Of a stretch of DNA of 64,000 bases, positions 42,136 through 57,692 are shown piece by piece. A model generated the notes under the pieces. It searched no databases and was not told the DNA's origin. It saw only the letters and a list, made by a program, of their open reading frames with translations. The position numbers and the translations under genes were made by a program. Each line of letters opens with the position of its first letter. Within the stretch, counting starts at the first letter, position 1. The stretch lies in the NCBI RefSeq assembly GCF_009914755.1, contig NC_060925.1. One strand, given 5' to 3'. This stretch comes from the human T2T-CHM13v2.0 reference genome, Homo sapiens.

Positions 42136-44730
42136 AAAATGTTTATTCTTTCATCTATTTAAAAATGTTTATTGAGCACCTATTATGTGCTAAGCGCTAG
42201 ACTAACAGAGGTTAATGAGGCTTACAAGGTTCTAATTCTCATGGAGCTGAAATTCCATTTAAGAGAGAAAAATCAGGCTATAAAATAGAAATAATAATAG
42301 TAACAGTAAAGGTTTACTGAGTACTCACTATGTGCTAGGTAATATGCTAAGCACTTCACATAGAGAATGCTTCTATTTTCAAGGTATATTTTTAAAGCCT
42401 GTATGTATATCTGCTCATAGAAAAAAGACAGGAAGGAAAAAGCATTAAAAGACATTATCCTCAGATTATAAGTTTATGGAAGACTTTTATTTTCTTCTTT
42501 TTACTAATCTGAATTCTCTAAATTTTCTTGGAGGAAAGGCATGTTCATGTGTTGCAACCTTAAGGAATCGGTCATGAGAACTTGAACCAGAGGTAAGAAA
42601 AATTTTTAAATTAAAAAATTAATGAACTAATTAATTAATTAAAAAAGAAAATAGTCAGAGAACCTTAAAATGCTTCTCATTTGCTGCCTGATGTCTCCAG
42701 GCTCCAAGTATATGAGGCGAGGTGCTGGCCTGCTCCAGCCACTCTGGGTTCTGTCCCAGCTCGGAAATTCACCACCTCTTCCTCCCTGGAGGATGGAGTC
42801 GCTGGAGAACCCTGATACTGTGGTCCAGCGCCATTTGGCTTGTGGTCAGGGCTCGGGGAGGGCTGAGGCATCTGAAGATTGAGCCTGTGGAAAGGAACCC
42901 TTTAATGCAATGTCCCCAGATGGGCATTGGGAGCCCCACTCCCTCCTGGAGGTGTGCAGGTGCCAGGATCCAGCCTTTCCTACTAATGAAACTCCAATCA
43001 GATCGTGACAGCAGGGGCTGCTGGCCAGCCCCACTGGACCCCTGCCCTGGTCAGGGAAATGGAGGATGACAGCTATGCCACTGTCTGAAAATCCTGGTGC
43101 CCCTGAAGGCCCTGCTGGGCTGCTCTCTGGCTCTGGTGTACCCGGAGGGGAGACAGGGGATGGCTGCCCCACAGTGATCACGGTAACCCTAACAACAATG
43201 TTACACTTGAGGAAATCCAGCTCTGAGTTCTTGACACACAGGGAGGCCTGACACCAAACACTTGACATTTCTTCATTCATTCATTCAATCTTCAGTATTA
43301 TCATTATCATCCTCCTTTTACCTATATGGAAACAGAGACCCAGAGAGGTCAAGTCACTTGCCCAAAGTCACACAGCCAGGGAGCGTAAGGCTGGAAGGTG
43401 GACTCCAGATCCCACACCCTAACCATTCAGCAACACTGTCTCCCATTACCTGTCTGAGATCTCTGGGGACAGCGCCGTAGAAGGCTGTCCCACCAGGACT
43501 GGACACATGAGGAGGAGAGCAGCTCTGGTCCCCGAGGAGGCAGCAGAACACTTGAGTAAAGGGTAACAGGCAATGGGTGTCAGGCAGTCCTGGCTTTGAA
43601 TCCTAGCCTAGACACCTACTCACTGTGTGACCTTAGACAAGTCATTTTACCTCTCTGGGGCTCTGTTCTCTCATCTCTGCAATGGAGATGTAATGCCTAA
43701 CTTTTCAGATGGCAGGCAGGTTATTTTCAACACAGAAAATTACTAGTATTGATTGAACACCTGCTACATATGCCAGAAGCTGTGCAAAGCACATCACATG
43801 TGCTAGTTAACCTTTTTAATACCCTAGGACACTGTGATTATCTCCACTTTACAGATGAGAAATCTGAGGCTTAAATAGGTTAAGTACTTCAGAAGGTTAC
43901 CAGAAAGAAGCGAAGCCAAGATGTGAACCCATGTCCTCTAAGGGCACAAGCCCTAGGCTCAGCCCATCTGCCATATGTGCCACCTGTGCATCAAATGAAA
44001 TGATGCTTGCCAAGGACTCACGTCAAGTAACCAGAGCTGTCATTGCATGGCCACAATGTGGACAGAGAAAATGCATTTGCACCTAGCCCAGCGCCTGGCA
44101 CTTTGGGAGCCCCAATAACTGTGTGTATTAATGGTTCCAGTTGTCTCAGGCATGGCAAGGCTACCTGTAGCAGCCAAGACCTCTTCGCCTCTTTGTTCAG
44201 CCCAGTGAGGGCTCCTGGGGAAGCAAGCAGGTCCCATCTCCCCAAAACTCTACAGTTGACTAGGGAAGTGAAGAAAGACACAGCTGCAGCAGTTACATAA
44301 CTGCTTCCTCCTCCACAAACCAATGAGAGCAGATAGGAGCCCCTTGAACCCCTTCCAGCCCTAATGCACCTCTAATCCTGCACAGGATTGGCATGAGGTG
44401 AAACAAAAAGAATGTGGTTCAAGTGCTGTTTTATCAAAAATGTTCCTAGGCCCGGGCTGCCCACGGAACTTTTTCTGTACAAGCATCACCGGGGGGCCCA
44501 ACATCCCTCTCAGGACAGCAGTAGATCTTTAGGAGGCTCTAGATCCTGGTGTCCCAGGGTGCAAGAAGTGCGTGTTTGTGTTCTCCATTCATCCTGCATT
44601 GACCCTACATTTAAAGGCCAGTTGCTTCCCTGTGTCCATCAGAGGCTTCCAGAGCTCCTACCTGATTCCAGGTGGACTAAATCCATTGTCAAGTTCTCCC
44701 GGCCCCCTAGACCTGCATAAAAGACAGATT

Positions 44731-44910
44731 TGTTACAATTGGAAGAGACCCTACCAACATCCCATTGTGATCTATTCACTTTACAGATGACCAAACCAAA
44801 GCCCAGGGAAGTTAAGTGACTTGGCCAAGGCCACACAGCTAGTGAATGATGTCACTGGAATTAGAACCCATATCTCTTGGCACCTAATTCAATACTGCTT
44901 CTGTCACTGA
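44731..44910 (-). mobile_element. MIR (probable donor of the 48120-48207 copy)
   Basis: 'tttacagatga..aaaccaaagcccagggaagttaagtgacttggccaaggccacacagctagt' antisense MIR. Confidence 0.85.
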
Positions 44911-45248
44911 CCTGTTTCCTGAGCACCCAGTAAATGGTAATTATGTATTGCCTGATAAATGATGACTCCAGACTTTGGGTCTTGGTGATGTTTCTTGACC
45001 CTGAATCCGAGAGGTCTTGCACAGGCCACAGAGGATTCTTGGGTGGTAGCACTGCACAAAGCAGAAGGGAAACTTCTGGAGGAAGGCCATACCTCTTACC
45101 TCCACCCTCAGGATAGAGCCACATGCTCAATGCATTCCAATCCAGGATCCAGTTCTTGCTCTGCCATCTTAGGCTAGTCATTTCCTATGTGAGCCCCCAG
45201 TTCATCTGCAAAATGAAGAGGAAAATTCTTTATGGGCTCATTGAGAGG

Positions 45249-45669
45249 TGATATAGTTTGGATGTTTGCCCTCCACATCTCATGTTGAAATTTGATCCCC
45301 CATGTTGGAGATGGGGCCTAGTGGGAAGGGTTTGGGTCATGGGGATGGATCCTTCATGAACGGCTTCATGCCATCCTGCAGAAATGAGTGAATTTTTGCT
45401 CTACTAGTTCACAGGAAAACTGATTGTTAAAAATAACCTGGCACCTTCCTCCCCTTTCTCTTTTGCTCCCTTCCTCACTCATTATGGGACACTCTATCTC
45501 CCCTTCCCCTTCTGCCATGATTAGAAGCTTCTGAGGTCCTCACCAGAAGCAAACATTGGTGCCATGCTTCTTGTACAGCCTGCAGAATTGTGAGCCAAAT
45601 AAACCTCTTTTCTTGGCAAATTACCCAGTCTCAGGTATTCCTTTATAGCAATCCAAATGGACTAAGACA
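45249..45669 (+). mobile_element. MST (MSTA/B) MaLR solo LTR
   Basis: Starts 'tgatatagtttggatgttt', ends 'aattacccagtctcaggtattcctttatagcaa...ggactaagaca'. Confidence 0.9.
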
Positions 45670-46247
45670 GGAGGAATAAGTGAAATACCACGTAAAATGT
45701 AGGGTGCAGTGCCAGGCTCAGGACATGCTCAGAACAGGCAGGGCCAACATCCTCTTGGTCCCAATGTAGACAGGTTTGTGTGAGAAGATGAAAAATAGGA
45801 TCAAAAGTAAGTCATCAGATCTAAGACAACATTGATCATAAAACACACCATGAATGTATGCACCACTCAGAATGGAAAACACTGCAAAATAAACTATGAC
45901 TCCATGCTTTCTCATCACTTAGAATTTTGATTACATGCTTAGAGAAAGCTTTTTCAACTTACACGCGGATTTTCATCTATCCCGCTTGCACATACATAAA
46001 ATGAAATAAGGCACCTAAATTTGTTACCATCTCCCTAAAACCGCTTCACATTCAAAGCCAGGCTCTTCTGAATTCCTTTCAACTTAGAGTCATTGGAGTT
46101 CCTGTTTTCCCACACAATATTGTCCTCTTACCTTCAAGAGCACTGGTGATGTGGCATTTTCCAAATGATTCCATGAAAGAAGAAAAAGCGAGGAGTACTG
46201 GGTTCTTACCCCAGCTTTGTCATTGTGTGGCGCTGGCTCACTTTTGT

Positions 46248-46393
46248 GTTTTGTTGGTTTGGGGGGTAATTTTTTGTTTGTTTGTGGGGAGTTTTTTGTT
46301 TTATCTTTTTTTTTTTTTTAAATAATAGAGATGGGATCTTGCCAAGTTGCCCAGGCAGGCTGGTCTTGAACTCCGGGGCTTAAGCGATCCATT
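46248..46393 (-). mobile_element. Truncated Alu left monomer (FLAM-like) with long degenerate tail
   Basis: 'agagatgggatcttgccaagttgcccagg..ctggtcttgaactcc..ggcttaagcgatcc'; TSD TGGCTCACTTTTG. Confidence 0.8.
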
Positions 46394-48119
46394 GGCTCAC
46401 TTTTGACTCCTGTGTTGGGCAACGCTGCTAAACATGTCAGAGTCACCATTTTCCCACATCCCTCCCACAACCATTTTGTTACTAATTTCCCCTCGGATTT
46501 TCTACCAAGCCACTCCCTCCCATTCTGCAAGTGTTGATACGAAAGCTTTTCATGTTTGCCCAGGCAACTATAAGACACCACTAATCGTAAGACGCGTGAA
46601 ACTCCAGAGGTGTAAATACATGGAAATATTTGTTTTATAGAATGACTGATTTTGAAAACAACATTTATTAAGGCTCCACTATGAGCCAGGCCCCATGCAA
46701 CATTTCGTTTGTTTGAGTTTATTATCATTCCTTTATAGATGAAGACACAGAAGCTCAGAGAGGTAAAGCAATTTGTCCAACGTCACACAGCTAATAAGTG
46801 ACAAGGCCAGGATTGGAGCTGAGGTCTCTTTGGCCTTGTCACCATAGAAGAGATGGATCCTTTCCCAGGTATTTCCTCCAACCTGACTTCTGAGTCCAAG
46901 GGGTTCCTGCAAAATTAAATCAGTCCTGACTTTGGGAAGCCCTTCCCATCTTTTGATTTCCTTGTTTTAGAGAGTAATAACAATAGTTCTCTGTGCCAGG
47001 TGTTATTCTAGCCACTTTATGTGCCCTAGCACACATAATGTTCCCAAGTCCCTAATGGAGTGGGTTCTATCCTTAGCCCCATTTCACAGATTAAGAAACT
47101 GAGGGGGTGCGGAGAGGTAATGCCAGGTACACAGCTAGGAAAGGGAAGGGCTGGGATTCAAACACAGGCAGTTTGGCTCCAGACCTCCCTCTCCTAGCCC
47201 ACCCCACCCACCATGTCCCCAGACTAGCACAGGAAACCCTCTGCAACCCCAAGCCCCCTCCCCATCCCCATTGCCCTGAATCCTGTTGACTTTCGTGGTG
47301 GCCAGGCCCCACTCCCACTGTGCTGTCAGGCTCAAGGCAGATGGATGGCCTTCCCTGGCTAGGCTTGGCTTCCCAGTTTCTTCACACTGGACCCAAACAC
47401 AACACAATCTAGCGGCCCTGGCTGCTCTTCAGAAAAATACGCAAGGCGGGTGTGGAAAGAAATCTAATTAGAATTCCTTAGAGCCCCAGCAATTCCTCTT
47501 ATTAAATTAGTTCCCTTTGAAGTGGAACTCAGCTCATTATAATAATTTGAATGCTGAGGAATTGTCTTATATGTTCCTGTCTGAGAAAAATTGCTTTTAC
47601 AATTGCATTTATGCATGTCCTGGTCTCTGTCCATTGGGACAAAGGACAGCTGTCGATGCTAAGTGGTTCCTGCTTTGGAGAAGAGCTGGGGGAGGGTCCG
47701 GGGGATCTGCTGCCCTGTGGGCTGGAGCTGCTGAGGTGCAAGTGGTAGGAGCTCCACATACATGAGGGGGACAGGCTGCGTAGGTTTCCTCCAACATCTC
47801 AGCCATGGCCCACATCAGAAAGCTATACCAGGACATGGAGGCTGGTGGGGAACTTTAGAAAGTCCAGGTCAACATTTTCGCATGGACTGAATGACCCAGA
47901 AAAAGAGATGTTCAAATACAGACCTCCTGGCCTGCATCAGCCTCTCCTAGCTACAGATACCAGTGCCCCACCCCCGGAGATTCTGATTCTTCAGGTCAGC
48001 AGAGGGGTACTAGAATCTGTGCTTTTTTAAGCTCCCCAGGGTAATTCTGAGATGCAGCCAGGTTTGGGCCCCACTAGCCTGGGGTGATTGGGGACCCTGC
48101 TGCAGTGCCTTAGCCCTGA

Positions 48120-48207
48120 TGTTACAATTGGAAGGGACCCTACCAACATCCCATTGTGATCTATTCACTTTACAGATGACCAAACCAAGGCCCAGGGAAG
48201 TTAAGTG
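48120..48207 (+). repeat. 88-bp local duplicate of 44731-44818
   Basis: 86/88 identical by eye. Confidence 0.92.
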
Positions 48208-48245
48208 CCCCAAAGGGAGCCACTGGACAAAACAGCATTCTCTAC

Positions 48246-48349
48246 TGTTATAGAAGGGGATTCAAGGACTCCCCGTGTTACAGAAGGGGATTGAAGGACC
48301 CCCCCCCCAACTCCGCCGGCCCCCGTTACAAACGGGGATTCAAGGACCC
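48246..48349. repeat. Three imperfect copies of an approx. 25-30-bp unit
   Basis: GTTAYAGAAGGGGATTSAAGGAC at 48247, 48277 and a variant at 48325. Confidence 0.85.
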
Positions 48350-48615
48350 ATGAGCCGGCAAAATGCTGCAGGGTCTGTTTGGCGGCTGATTGTCTTTGTT
48401 GCCCTGGAGTCTGGGAGAACCGTCCCTACAGAGTCCCTGGGGACTCCTGTCTCATACTGGCCTGCTTCCAGACACCTCTGGTTCAGTGATCACATTTTTG
48501 TGCCCTTTATTGAGGACATAAACAGCAGGTAATATTTGCCCTGAAAGTCCTAAAAGAAATGTGGTTTTTGGGATTCTGACATCTGCCCATCCTTTTTGAC
48601 GTAGTTCAAGTCTCA

Positions 48616-48935
<320 letters not shown>

Positions 48936-50467
48936 TTAAAAATCCTTTGCCAAATACCCCAGCCCCATACCTGCCCCACGCCTGCCCCATGGCTGCTATC
49001 CCTTTTCTGGCCCCTACAACCCCTATTCTCCATATTGACCCCCAGGCCACCACCTGACCATGTCCCTGGCTCCCTGTGGCTTCTCACTCTCCCTGACCTC
49101 TACACATTATTGGTGCTATGGGGATTCGAAGCCAGCAGTTCAATTTTATTGCGTGCTGTCTATAGTAAATGGAGCCCCAAAATGGATCTTCACAAAAGCC
49201 AGCCTGGACCAGGGTCTTCATCGGAGATCTGATCTGTTGTCCCTTAGGAGATCCCGGTGGGCCACTGGAAGCTCAAGGACCAGGGCCCATCATTCCCTCT
49301 GTATAGATGAGGAGCCTGAGCCCCAACCAAGGTCACACATGCCAGAGTCCCTACTCTTGTCCTCATCCTTCATCCACCCATGTGGCTTCTTGTTCCCTCT
49401 GAGTAAGCAGATTACTGCAGGGGTGTTCTTGCCTCCTGAGCAACTATTTCCCACCCAACAGATCTTCTGAGAAGATTCCACATGTGCCCCCCACCCCACC
49501 CTCTTCCTGCAGAGGAAGGAGCTGTGGAGTCAGAGGCAGCTCCAACCCCCTGGGCTGGTCCCAGAGAGTGTGGCCTGGACAAGGCTCTGTGCAGTGGCAG
49601 ATCATAAGAAGAAGGGGACACGATGTTCTTGAAAAGAATCATGTCAGAAAAATGACTTAGTCTCAAGGGTCCTTTGTGCTCAATACAGCTTCTCTCCAAG
49701 TCACACCCACTTCCCTTCCTGACCCAGGCAGGGACTCCACAGCTTGGGGTGTAATGAGCTACCAACAACAGTGTTTTTCCAGTGACTCTTGTTCCTACAT
49801 CCCCTTGAATATGAGACCCTAAAAAGAACAGATCCAAATATCCAATTTCTGAAGATGTTTTCACCAATGATCATTAGTCTAACCCTGACATGGAATAAAT
49901 CCAACCCTTGCACTAGTTTGCAAAGAATACTCCTGCTGTGACATTCCAGATGATGTCAAAGGCTAGCAAACCCAACAGCTTGCAGCAGAACAACCACAGG
50001 GTGCAGCCTTTCAGACTACTCTGCTTCCTTCTTCTGGTCTCTCATCCAAACCCTTAATTACTGTCTATCCACACTGCACTCTACTGTGAGACACACATAC
50101 TGCAAAACCAGAGACTCAAGACTCAGAAGGCATTTTCCAAAGCCTTCTGAATCCCTTCCATTACCTTTAACTGTGAGGTTGCCAAAGCACATTTGATCAC
50201 TTGTGACCCCTTAATCCTTGCAACAACCCTAGGGCAGATTTCATGTGAGCTTGGCATCACATAGGCTTGGGTTCCGGTCTTGGCTCTGCTACTCTATGAC
50301 TTTGGACAAGTCATATACTCTCTAAGCCTCAGTTTCTGTATCTGTAAAATGGGAATGATAATGCCAGCAGGTTTACTCTAAGGGTTTACTGAGATTGATA
50401 TGTAAATGTCTTATCTCAGTGCCTGGTAGAGATTGACTACAATGAATGTTAAGCATTATTATTAACC

Positions 50468-50505
50468 ATCATCATCATCATCATCAATCATCATCATCAT
50501 CATCA
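50468..50505. repeat. (CAT)n trinucleotide repeat between MIRs
   Basis: Interrupted CAT array. Confidence 0.9.
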
Positions 50506-51969
50506 TTATCTTCCATTTTACAGATGAGAAAACTGAGGCTCAGAGGGAAAGTGGTTTCCCAAGAGACACACAAGTACATGAGGAGTCCCAGAGGCAAATA
50601 TATCTCTCTGATTCTACCTTCTGAGCCCTTTTTATTCAATGATGCTGCGGAGTTCAGCCTTTAGGGTGAATTTAGGAACAAAGGCCCCTAACAAAACAAA
50701 GGCTCAGAAAAGATCAAGATCGAATAAGATAAAGTGACAAGGGGACACCACAAAGGATCCAGATGAAGAGGGAGATCTCCATGGATTCCTGCCATAGCTC
50801 CTTATTGACACAAAACACAAAGGAACATTAGGAAAAAAAAAAAAAAAAGATTGGACAGGAGTGGAGGTAGAAGAACAGGAACCTCAGAGACTGAGGAAGG
50901 GAGCTGGAACATTAAACACCAAACCCGTCCCAAATCCACGGTCCCGCTCAATGCTCCCTAAGTTAGGTAGACCCTCAGCGCCAGCCCCTTTGTGGATGGA
51001 GAAATAGCTGATGATCAACGCAAAGGACTAAGCACTGCTGCCAAAAGCCACCAGCCCCAGAGACAACAGAGGCTCCCAAATTTCTAGCCTCTGATCTCTG
51101 CCTCGGAACATTCTTGGGTCAAAATAAATGTGGGAACCCTATGGTGGAGTCTTGAAGCTGGAAAAAAAATCCAACATGTCGCCCAATGCAGCCCAGTCCT
51201 TCCAGGCAAAACCACACCAGAACTATTCCCGACAGATGCTAATTAGATGAATGGTTTTAAATTAAATAATAGGGAATGGGCAGAGCGAAGGGTGCCAAGG
51301 ATCATTGAAACAGAAATGTTGTCCAGGGAAAATAGTGGTAAAGACCAGAATTCCTTATGCACACACAAAGGAAGCGCAACACAGGTCGGGACTTGTTTAG
51401 ACCCCAAGGACTGATGATGGAGCAGAAGCTACTCGTCCCCAGGCAACCAGGGGAGAGCTTTGGCCTGGGCCCCTCCGATTTTCAGCCAAGCTGCTGGTGT
51501 CTTCCTCCCCTGAAGGTTCACCAACTACAGGAGAAGGAAGAGGCCTTAAAGCCCTGCAAAGGCCATCTCTCCAGCTTCATCTCCTCCCCTCCAGCCTCCC
51601 TCTCCTCTAAGGCCAACACATAGTACTGCTTTCCGTTCTTAGAATGCGTCACACTTTCCCTCCTTTGCAAGTGCAGTTCCCTTTGCCTGGAACATCATTC
51701 CCTCAGTCACCTCTCACTCCCGGTCCTCTTGCTAACTCCTACCCTTCCTGCACGCCTAGGCTTAATCCTGGGAAACCATTTGCCACCCCCTTCCGCAAAA
51801 AGGCACAGGCTCCTGCTGCCAGTGCCTGGAGAGCTCCTTGTGTCCCACCCCAGCCCAGAGCATGTCAAAAAGAAGAGATGAATGCCAATTTCCCATAGTG
51901 TGGTCCACTGCTTCCATTTTTGAGGCAGAAAGTAATGAGCAGTGGGTATCTAATGTGCCCTTAAATATC

Positions 51970-52315
<346 letters not shown>

Positions 52316-53469
52316 AAGATCTTTAAATAGTAATAAAACAGACATTTATTAAGTGCATCTCATGTGCTGTGCGCTGTTCCAAGTGCCTACACTCCCCATC
52401 TCAGTTAAGCACACACCACCCCACGGGCAGGCAGCTGCTATCATTATCCCTTTCTCATGGTGGGGAAGTGAAGATCAGAAAGGCTGAATAACTTGCTCAA
52501 GATCACAAGTCTGGACTTGACTGCAGGCCTGGCTGATCCCAGAGCCCAGATCAAGAGTCTCCCCTGGTGCCTCTCCCCTAAAACCACCTCAGAAACCCCC
52601 TGGTGTGTAACTCTAAACCATGCCTGCGGCAAACTCAGCCCATTTCCTCTTCTCGCATCTTAAGCCCAGATGGGGTCTGAGTGACACTTATCTCATACCC
52701 TGTCATAGAGCTGGAGCCCCACAGGAATGTGGAACTCCCCATGGACAGAGGGCAGGAGGAAGTGACCGCCGGCCCGAAGGGGGCTTGGTCCACTGGGTCC
52801 AAAGGTGCCGTCTGGCCCTGGCTGCCACATGCCTCGTGTCCACAAAGCAGAAGTCACAGGGACAGGGAAGGAAGCCCGGCAGGCAGACTGTCATCACAGG
52901 TGGTGTGTCCTCCTATCCAGGGACAAGCAGAACTAGCCAAGATTGCCTTCTCCACGCAGCCTCTCCTGATTCCACACTTGTGACTTCATGTTCCCAGAGC
53001 GCTGTGCTGGCACGTGTGCTATGATCTTGACTCTGTATGCACCCCGACGCCCAGCTACAAGCAGCTCTACCCTTACCTAACCTTTAAATTGCTCGATTGC
53101 CTCATCTGTAAAAACAGGGATGTTAATAGCACCTGTTTCACGGGGTTATTGGAAGGTGTGTGTACATACACACACACACACACACTCATCAATATAGATG
53201 AGTATAGATTGTGTGTATGTATACATGCTTAGAACAATTCCTGGCATATAGTAAGTGCTTAATGAACATTACCTATTCTTATTCATGTTAAGTGGCTATG
53301 ACAATGTGCCAGGGAAGGACATCACTTGTAATGACGGGGGATAACACCTCTTACAAAATCAAGTTGAGGTTCCCCAAAACTGGTCTGTGAAACAGCCTCC
53401 AGGGGGCTGTTTGTTAAAGAGACAGATTCTGTGGTCCCACTCCTAGATCTAATGATTTTAAGTCTCTGA

Positions 53470-53853
<384 letters not shown>

Positions 53854-55198
53854 ATCAGCCAGGTTTGGGACCCCCTAGGCTAGACCAAGTGTTTCCCCAG
53901 CAAATGAGGGTGTGGACTCTGCTGCCATTCTAAAGCCAAGAGGGGTGCTTTCTTTCCTATCATCCATCTCTCCTTTCTTCCTCCCTTGCTTCCTTTTTTC
54001 ATCAGCATCTTGAACTTCTCTCTGCGGCTGTTCTTTTGCTACAAGAACTCCAAGTGGACCCTGTCCTGACCACGTGCATCCTAAGTACACGGAGTCTTGT
54101 TTTCCATCCACTAAATGTCGTTGACCAGTTTACTTTTCATTCCCTGCACAAATAAACGTTTGCTACAAACGTGACTTGTGCATGGCCCCTTGACGGCAGG
54201 GGCCAAGTCTGTTCTACTAGAAAGATGCCTTGGAGACCATGTATTCCAACCTCTCTCTTTACCCCTGAAGAACCTAAGGTCCACAGAGGATAAGTGATTT
54301 TTACAAGGTCACACAGCAAGCAACCAGAGCGGAGATGACAGCTCAGGTCTCTGGCTTCTTAGCTGCTGCCCTTTCCATTGTCACAGGCTCCTGTTCAAAA
54401 TACCCCAGAACCACTCATTTATATATCGATTGTGAGTATATGCATTACAAAGTTTTATTTATTGAATACTCTATGTACTAGGCATGGTGCCAACTGCTTT
54501 ACCTGCATTCTGTCATTTCAGTTTCATAAACAGTTCAGAAATGAGAACATTATTATCCTCATTTCATCTCTGGGACAACTGAGCCTCCAGGAGGTGAAGT
54601 GACCTGCTCCAAACCACAGAGCTGGAAAGAGCCAGGATTGCAACCCAGGCCTGTCTGATTGCAGAGCCCGAACTCCTGGCTGTTATGCTGGTCCTTGAGC
54701 TCTTGCTTCTCACCTCAAAACCTGCCCTTCCATGTCTACTCTGTGATGCTGGGGCAGGGACCCCACAAACCAGTTTCCGTTAACCAGCTAGTTTGTTTCT
54801 GCCTACAGGGGACTAATGGGAGGCTGGAAAGGCTGGAGGAGGAAGGGACTCACTCCCTTCGCTTCCTGTTCCTGAAAGGGTCACCCTCGCAATGCTCCTT
54901 CACCCTGGCAGGAGCAAGTCCTTCCTAAGCAGCAGCTGAATCTGCTTACAGTTTTTCCAGCAATTGCAGAAGCAGCTTCATTGCCTGTCTTCCTTAAAAG
55001 TTTGGGTCCAGGGACCACGGGGCCTCTCCTGTGAGATTAGGAATACCAGCCCCAGCTGCGCAGTACCCTCTCCTCAGAAGGCCGAGTTTCTCTAATTCCC
55101 ACTTCTTCCTTTTCTTCTCCCAGCTCTAGGGGCTATTACTTCTATAATACCTCAGCGTTCTATTTTGACCCTTTTGGTTACTTAATTAACAACATCAG

Positions 55199-55508
55199 AG
55201 GCCCGGCCTGGTGGCTCACGCCTGTAATCTCAGCACTTTGAGAGGCCGAGGCGGGCGGATCACGAGGTCAGGAGTTCGAGACCAGCCTGGCCAACATGAT
55301 GAAACCCCGTCTCTACTAAAAATACAAAAATTAGTCGGGCATGGTGACACGCACCTGTAATCCCAGCTACTCAGGAGGCTGAGGCAGGAGAATCGCTTGA
55401 ACCAGGGAGGCGGAGGTTGCAGTGAGCCAAGATCCCGCTACTGCACTCCAGCCTGAGCAACAGAGCGAGACTCCGTCTCAAAACAAAACAAACAAACAAA
55501 CAAAAAAC
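55199..55508 (+). mobile_element. AluSg-like
   Basis: 'gatcacgaggtcaggagttcgagaccagcctggcc'. Confidence 0.95.
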
Positions 55509-55858
55509 AACCTCATACCTAATTAACAATATATTAAATTCTGTCTCCTTCACCTTGGCAGCCACAGGTCTTTCTGGGAGTGGCAGCTGAATCCACTTTA
55601 TAGTTTTTCCAACAATTGCAGAACAGCTTTATTGCCCCCACCCTCACTCACCCAGATCCCCACACTAGCCTGCCAGTGCCTCCTCCTCAGAGGTCTGGGT
55701 TCCAGTCCGATGGGCCTGTGGACCCAGAGATATGGGCACCAGCCAAGTGCACCTGATGGATGTGACCAATACATTACATGGCACAGTTTAAGTCACTAAA
55801 GATGTTTCAAATAACAAGAGGACCTGTGTTAATGGGCAGAGGGCTCAGCAGGAAGCAC

Positions 55859-56169
<311 letters not shown>

Positions 56170-57193
56170 TGACAAGCAGGACTGTCTAGAAGGAGAGAGT
56201 CTGCTCCTTGCTACAGAAAGGGCTTGGGCAGCAAACTAAGTCCAGTGGGGTAGACCAGACCTGGTGTGTGACCAACACTGCCTGTTAACACTGCCTGGGA
56301 TTTCACCAAAGCGGACATACAAATGGCAAATCAGCACATGAAAAGGTGTCCAATGAAACTTCAATAAAATCACATGGTCCCAACACAAAGAAATAATCCG
56401 TGTTTGTGGTGATAGATATACTGATGACCCTGATTTTTTTCATTACACATTCTATGCATGTATCCAAAAAAATCACATGTACACCATCAATTAGTATAAT
56501 TGTATGTATCAATTTTTTAAAAATTAAAAAAGCAATGAAATGTTACTACATACCTATCAGAATGGCTGAAATAAAAAATAGTGACAACATTAAATGCTGG
56601 TGAAGATGCAGAGAAACTGGATCGTTCAGATGTTGCTGGTGGAAATGTAAAATTGAACAGCCATTGGAGTTTGGCAGTTTCTTTGAGAACTAAACATGCA
56701 ACTATCATATGACAATTGCAATCCTGGGCCTTTGTCCTAGAGAAATGAAAACTCATGTTCACCACACACAAAGCTGTAAAGAATGTTTATAGCAATTTTA
56801 TTTCTAACAGCCAAAAACTGGAAACAATCCAGATGTCCTTCAACGGGTAAGTGGTGAACAAACTATGGTATGTCCACACCACAGAGCACAACTCAGCCAT
56901 AGACAGCAACGAACCCTTGCTACGCACAACCTGGATTAATCTTCGGAGAATTATGCTGAATGAAACAACTGAATCCCAAACGGTTGGATACTGCACAATT
57001 CCATTTATACAAGCTTCTTGAAATGGCAAAACTAGACATAGAAATGGAAAACAGATTAGGGGTTGCCAGGAGTAAAGGAGGAGTGGGGGCAGAGGGAAGT
57101 CAGTGCATGAGGGATCTTTGTGGAGATGAGACTGTTCTGTATCTTGACTGTATCAACGGCAGCATCCTTGTTCTGATGCCTACGATCAAGAGG

Positions 57194-57213
57194 TAGATAG
57201 ATAGATGATAGAT

Positions 57214-57262
<49 letters not shown>
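57194..57262. repeat. (GATA)n tetranucleotide STR
   Basis: About 17 interrupted GATA units at an Alu tail. Confidence 0.95.
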
Positions 57263-57544
<282 letters not shown>

Positions 57545-57546
<2 letters not shown>

Positions 57547-57549
57547 CTC

Positions 57550-57602
<53 letters not shown>

Positions 57603-57613
57603 CTGTCTCTCTC

Positions 57614-57659
<46 letters not shown>

Positions 57660-57692
57660 CATATATATATGTGTGTGTATACATATATATAT
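57545..57692. repeat. Compound (CT)n(AT)n(GT)n microsatellite
   Basis: Direct reading. Confidence 0.95.

Noticed and set aside
50446-50664. ORF with poly-His/poly-Ser
   Set aside because: Product of a (CAT)n repeat and MIR sequence
50830-51140. Possible second retrocopy or terminal exon (A-run at 50833, AATAAA at 51123)
   Set aside because: The A-run lies upstream of the signal, with no TSD and no recognisable parent gene
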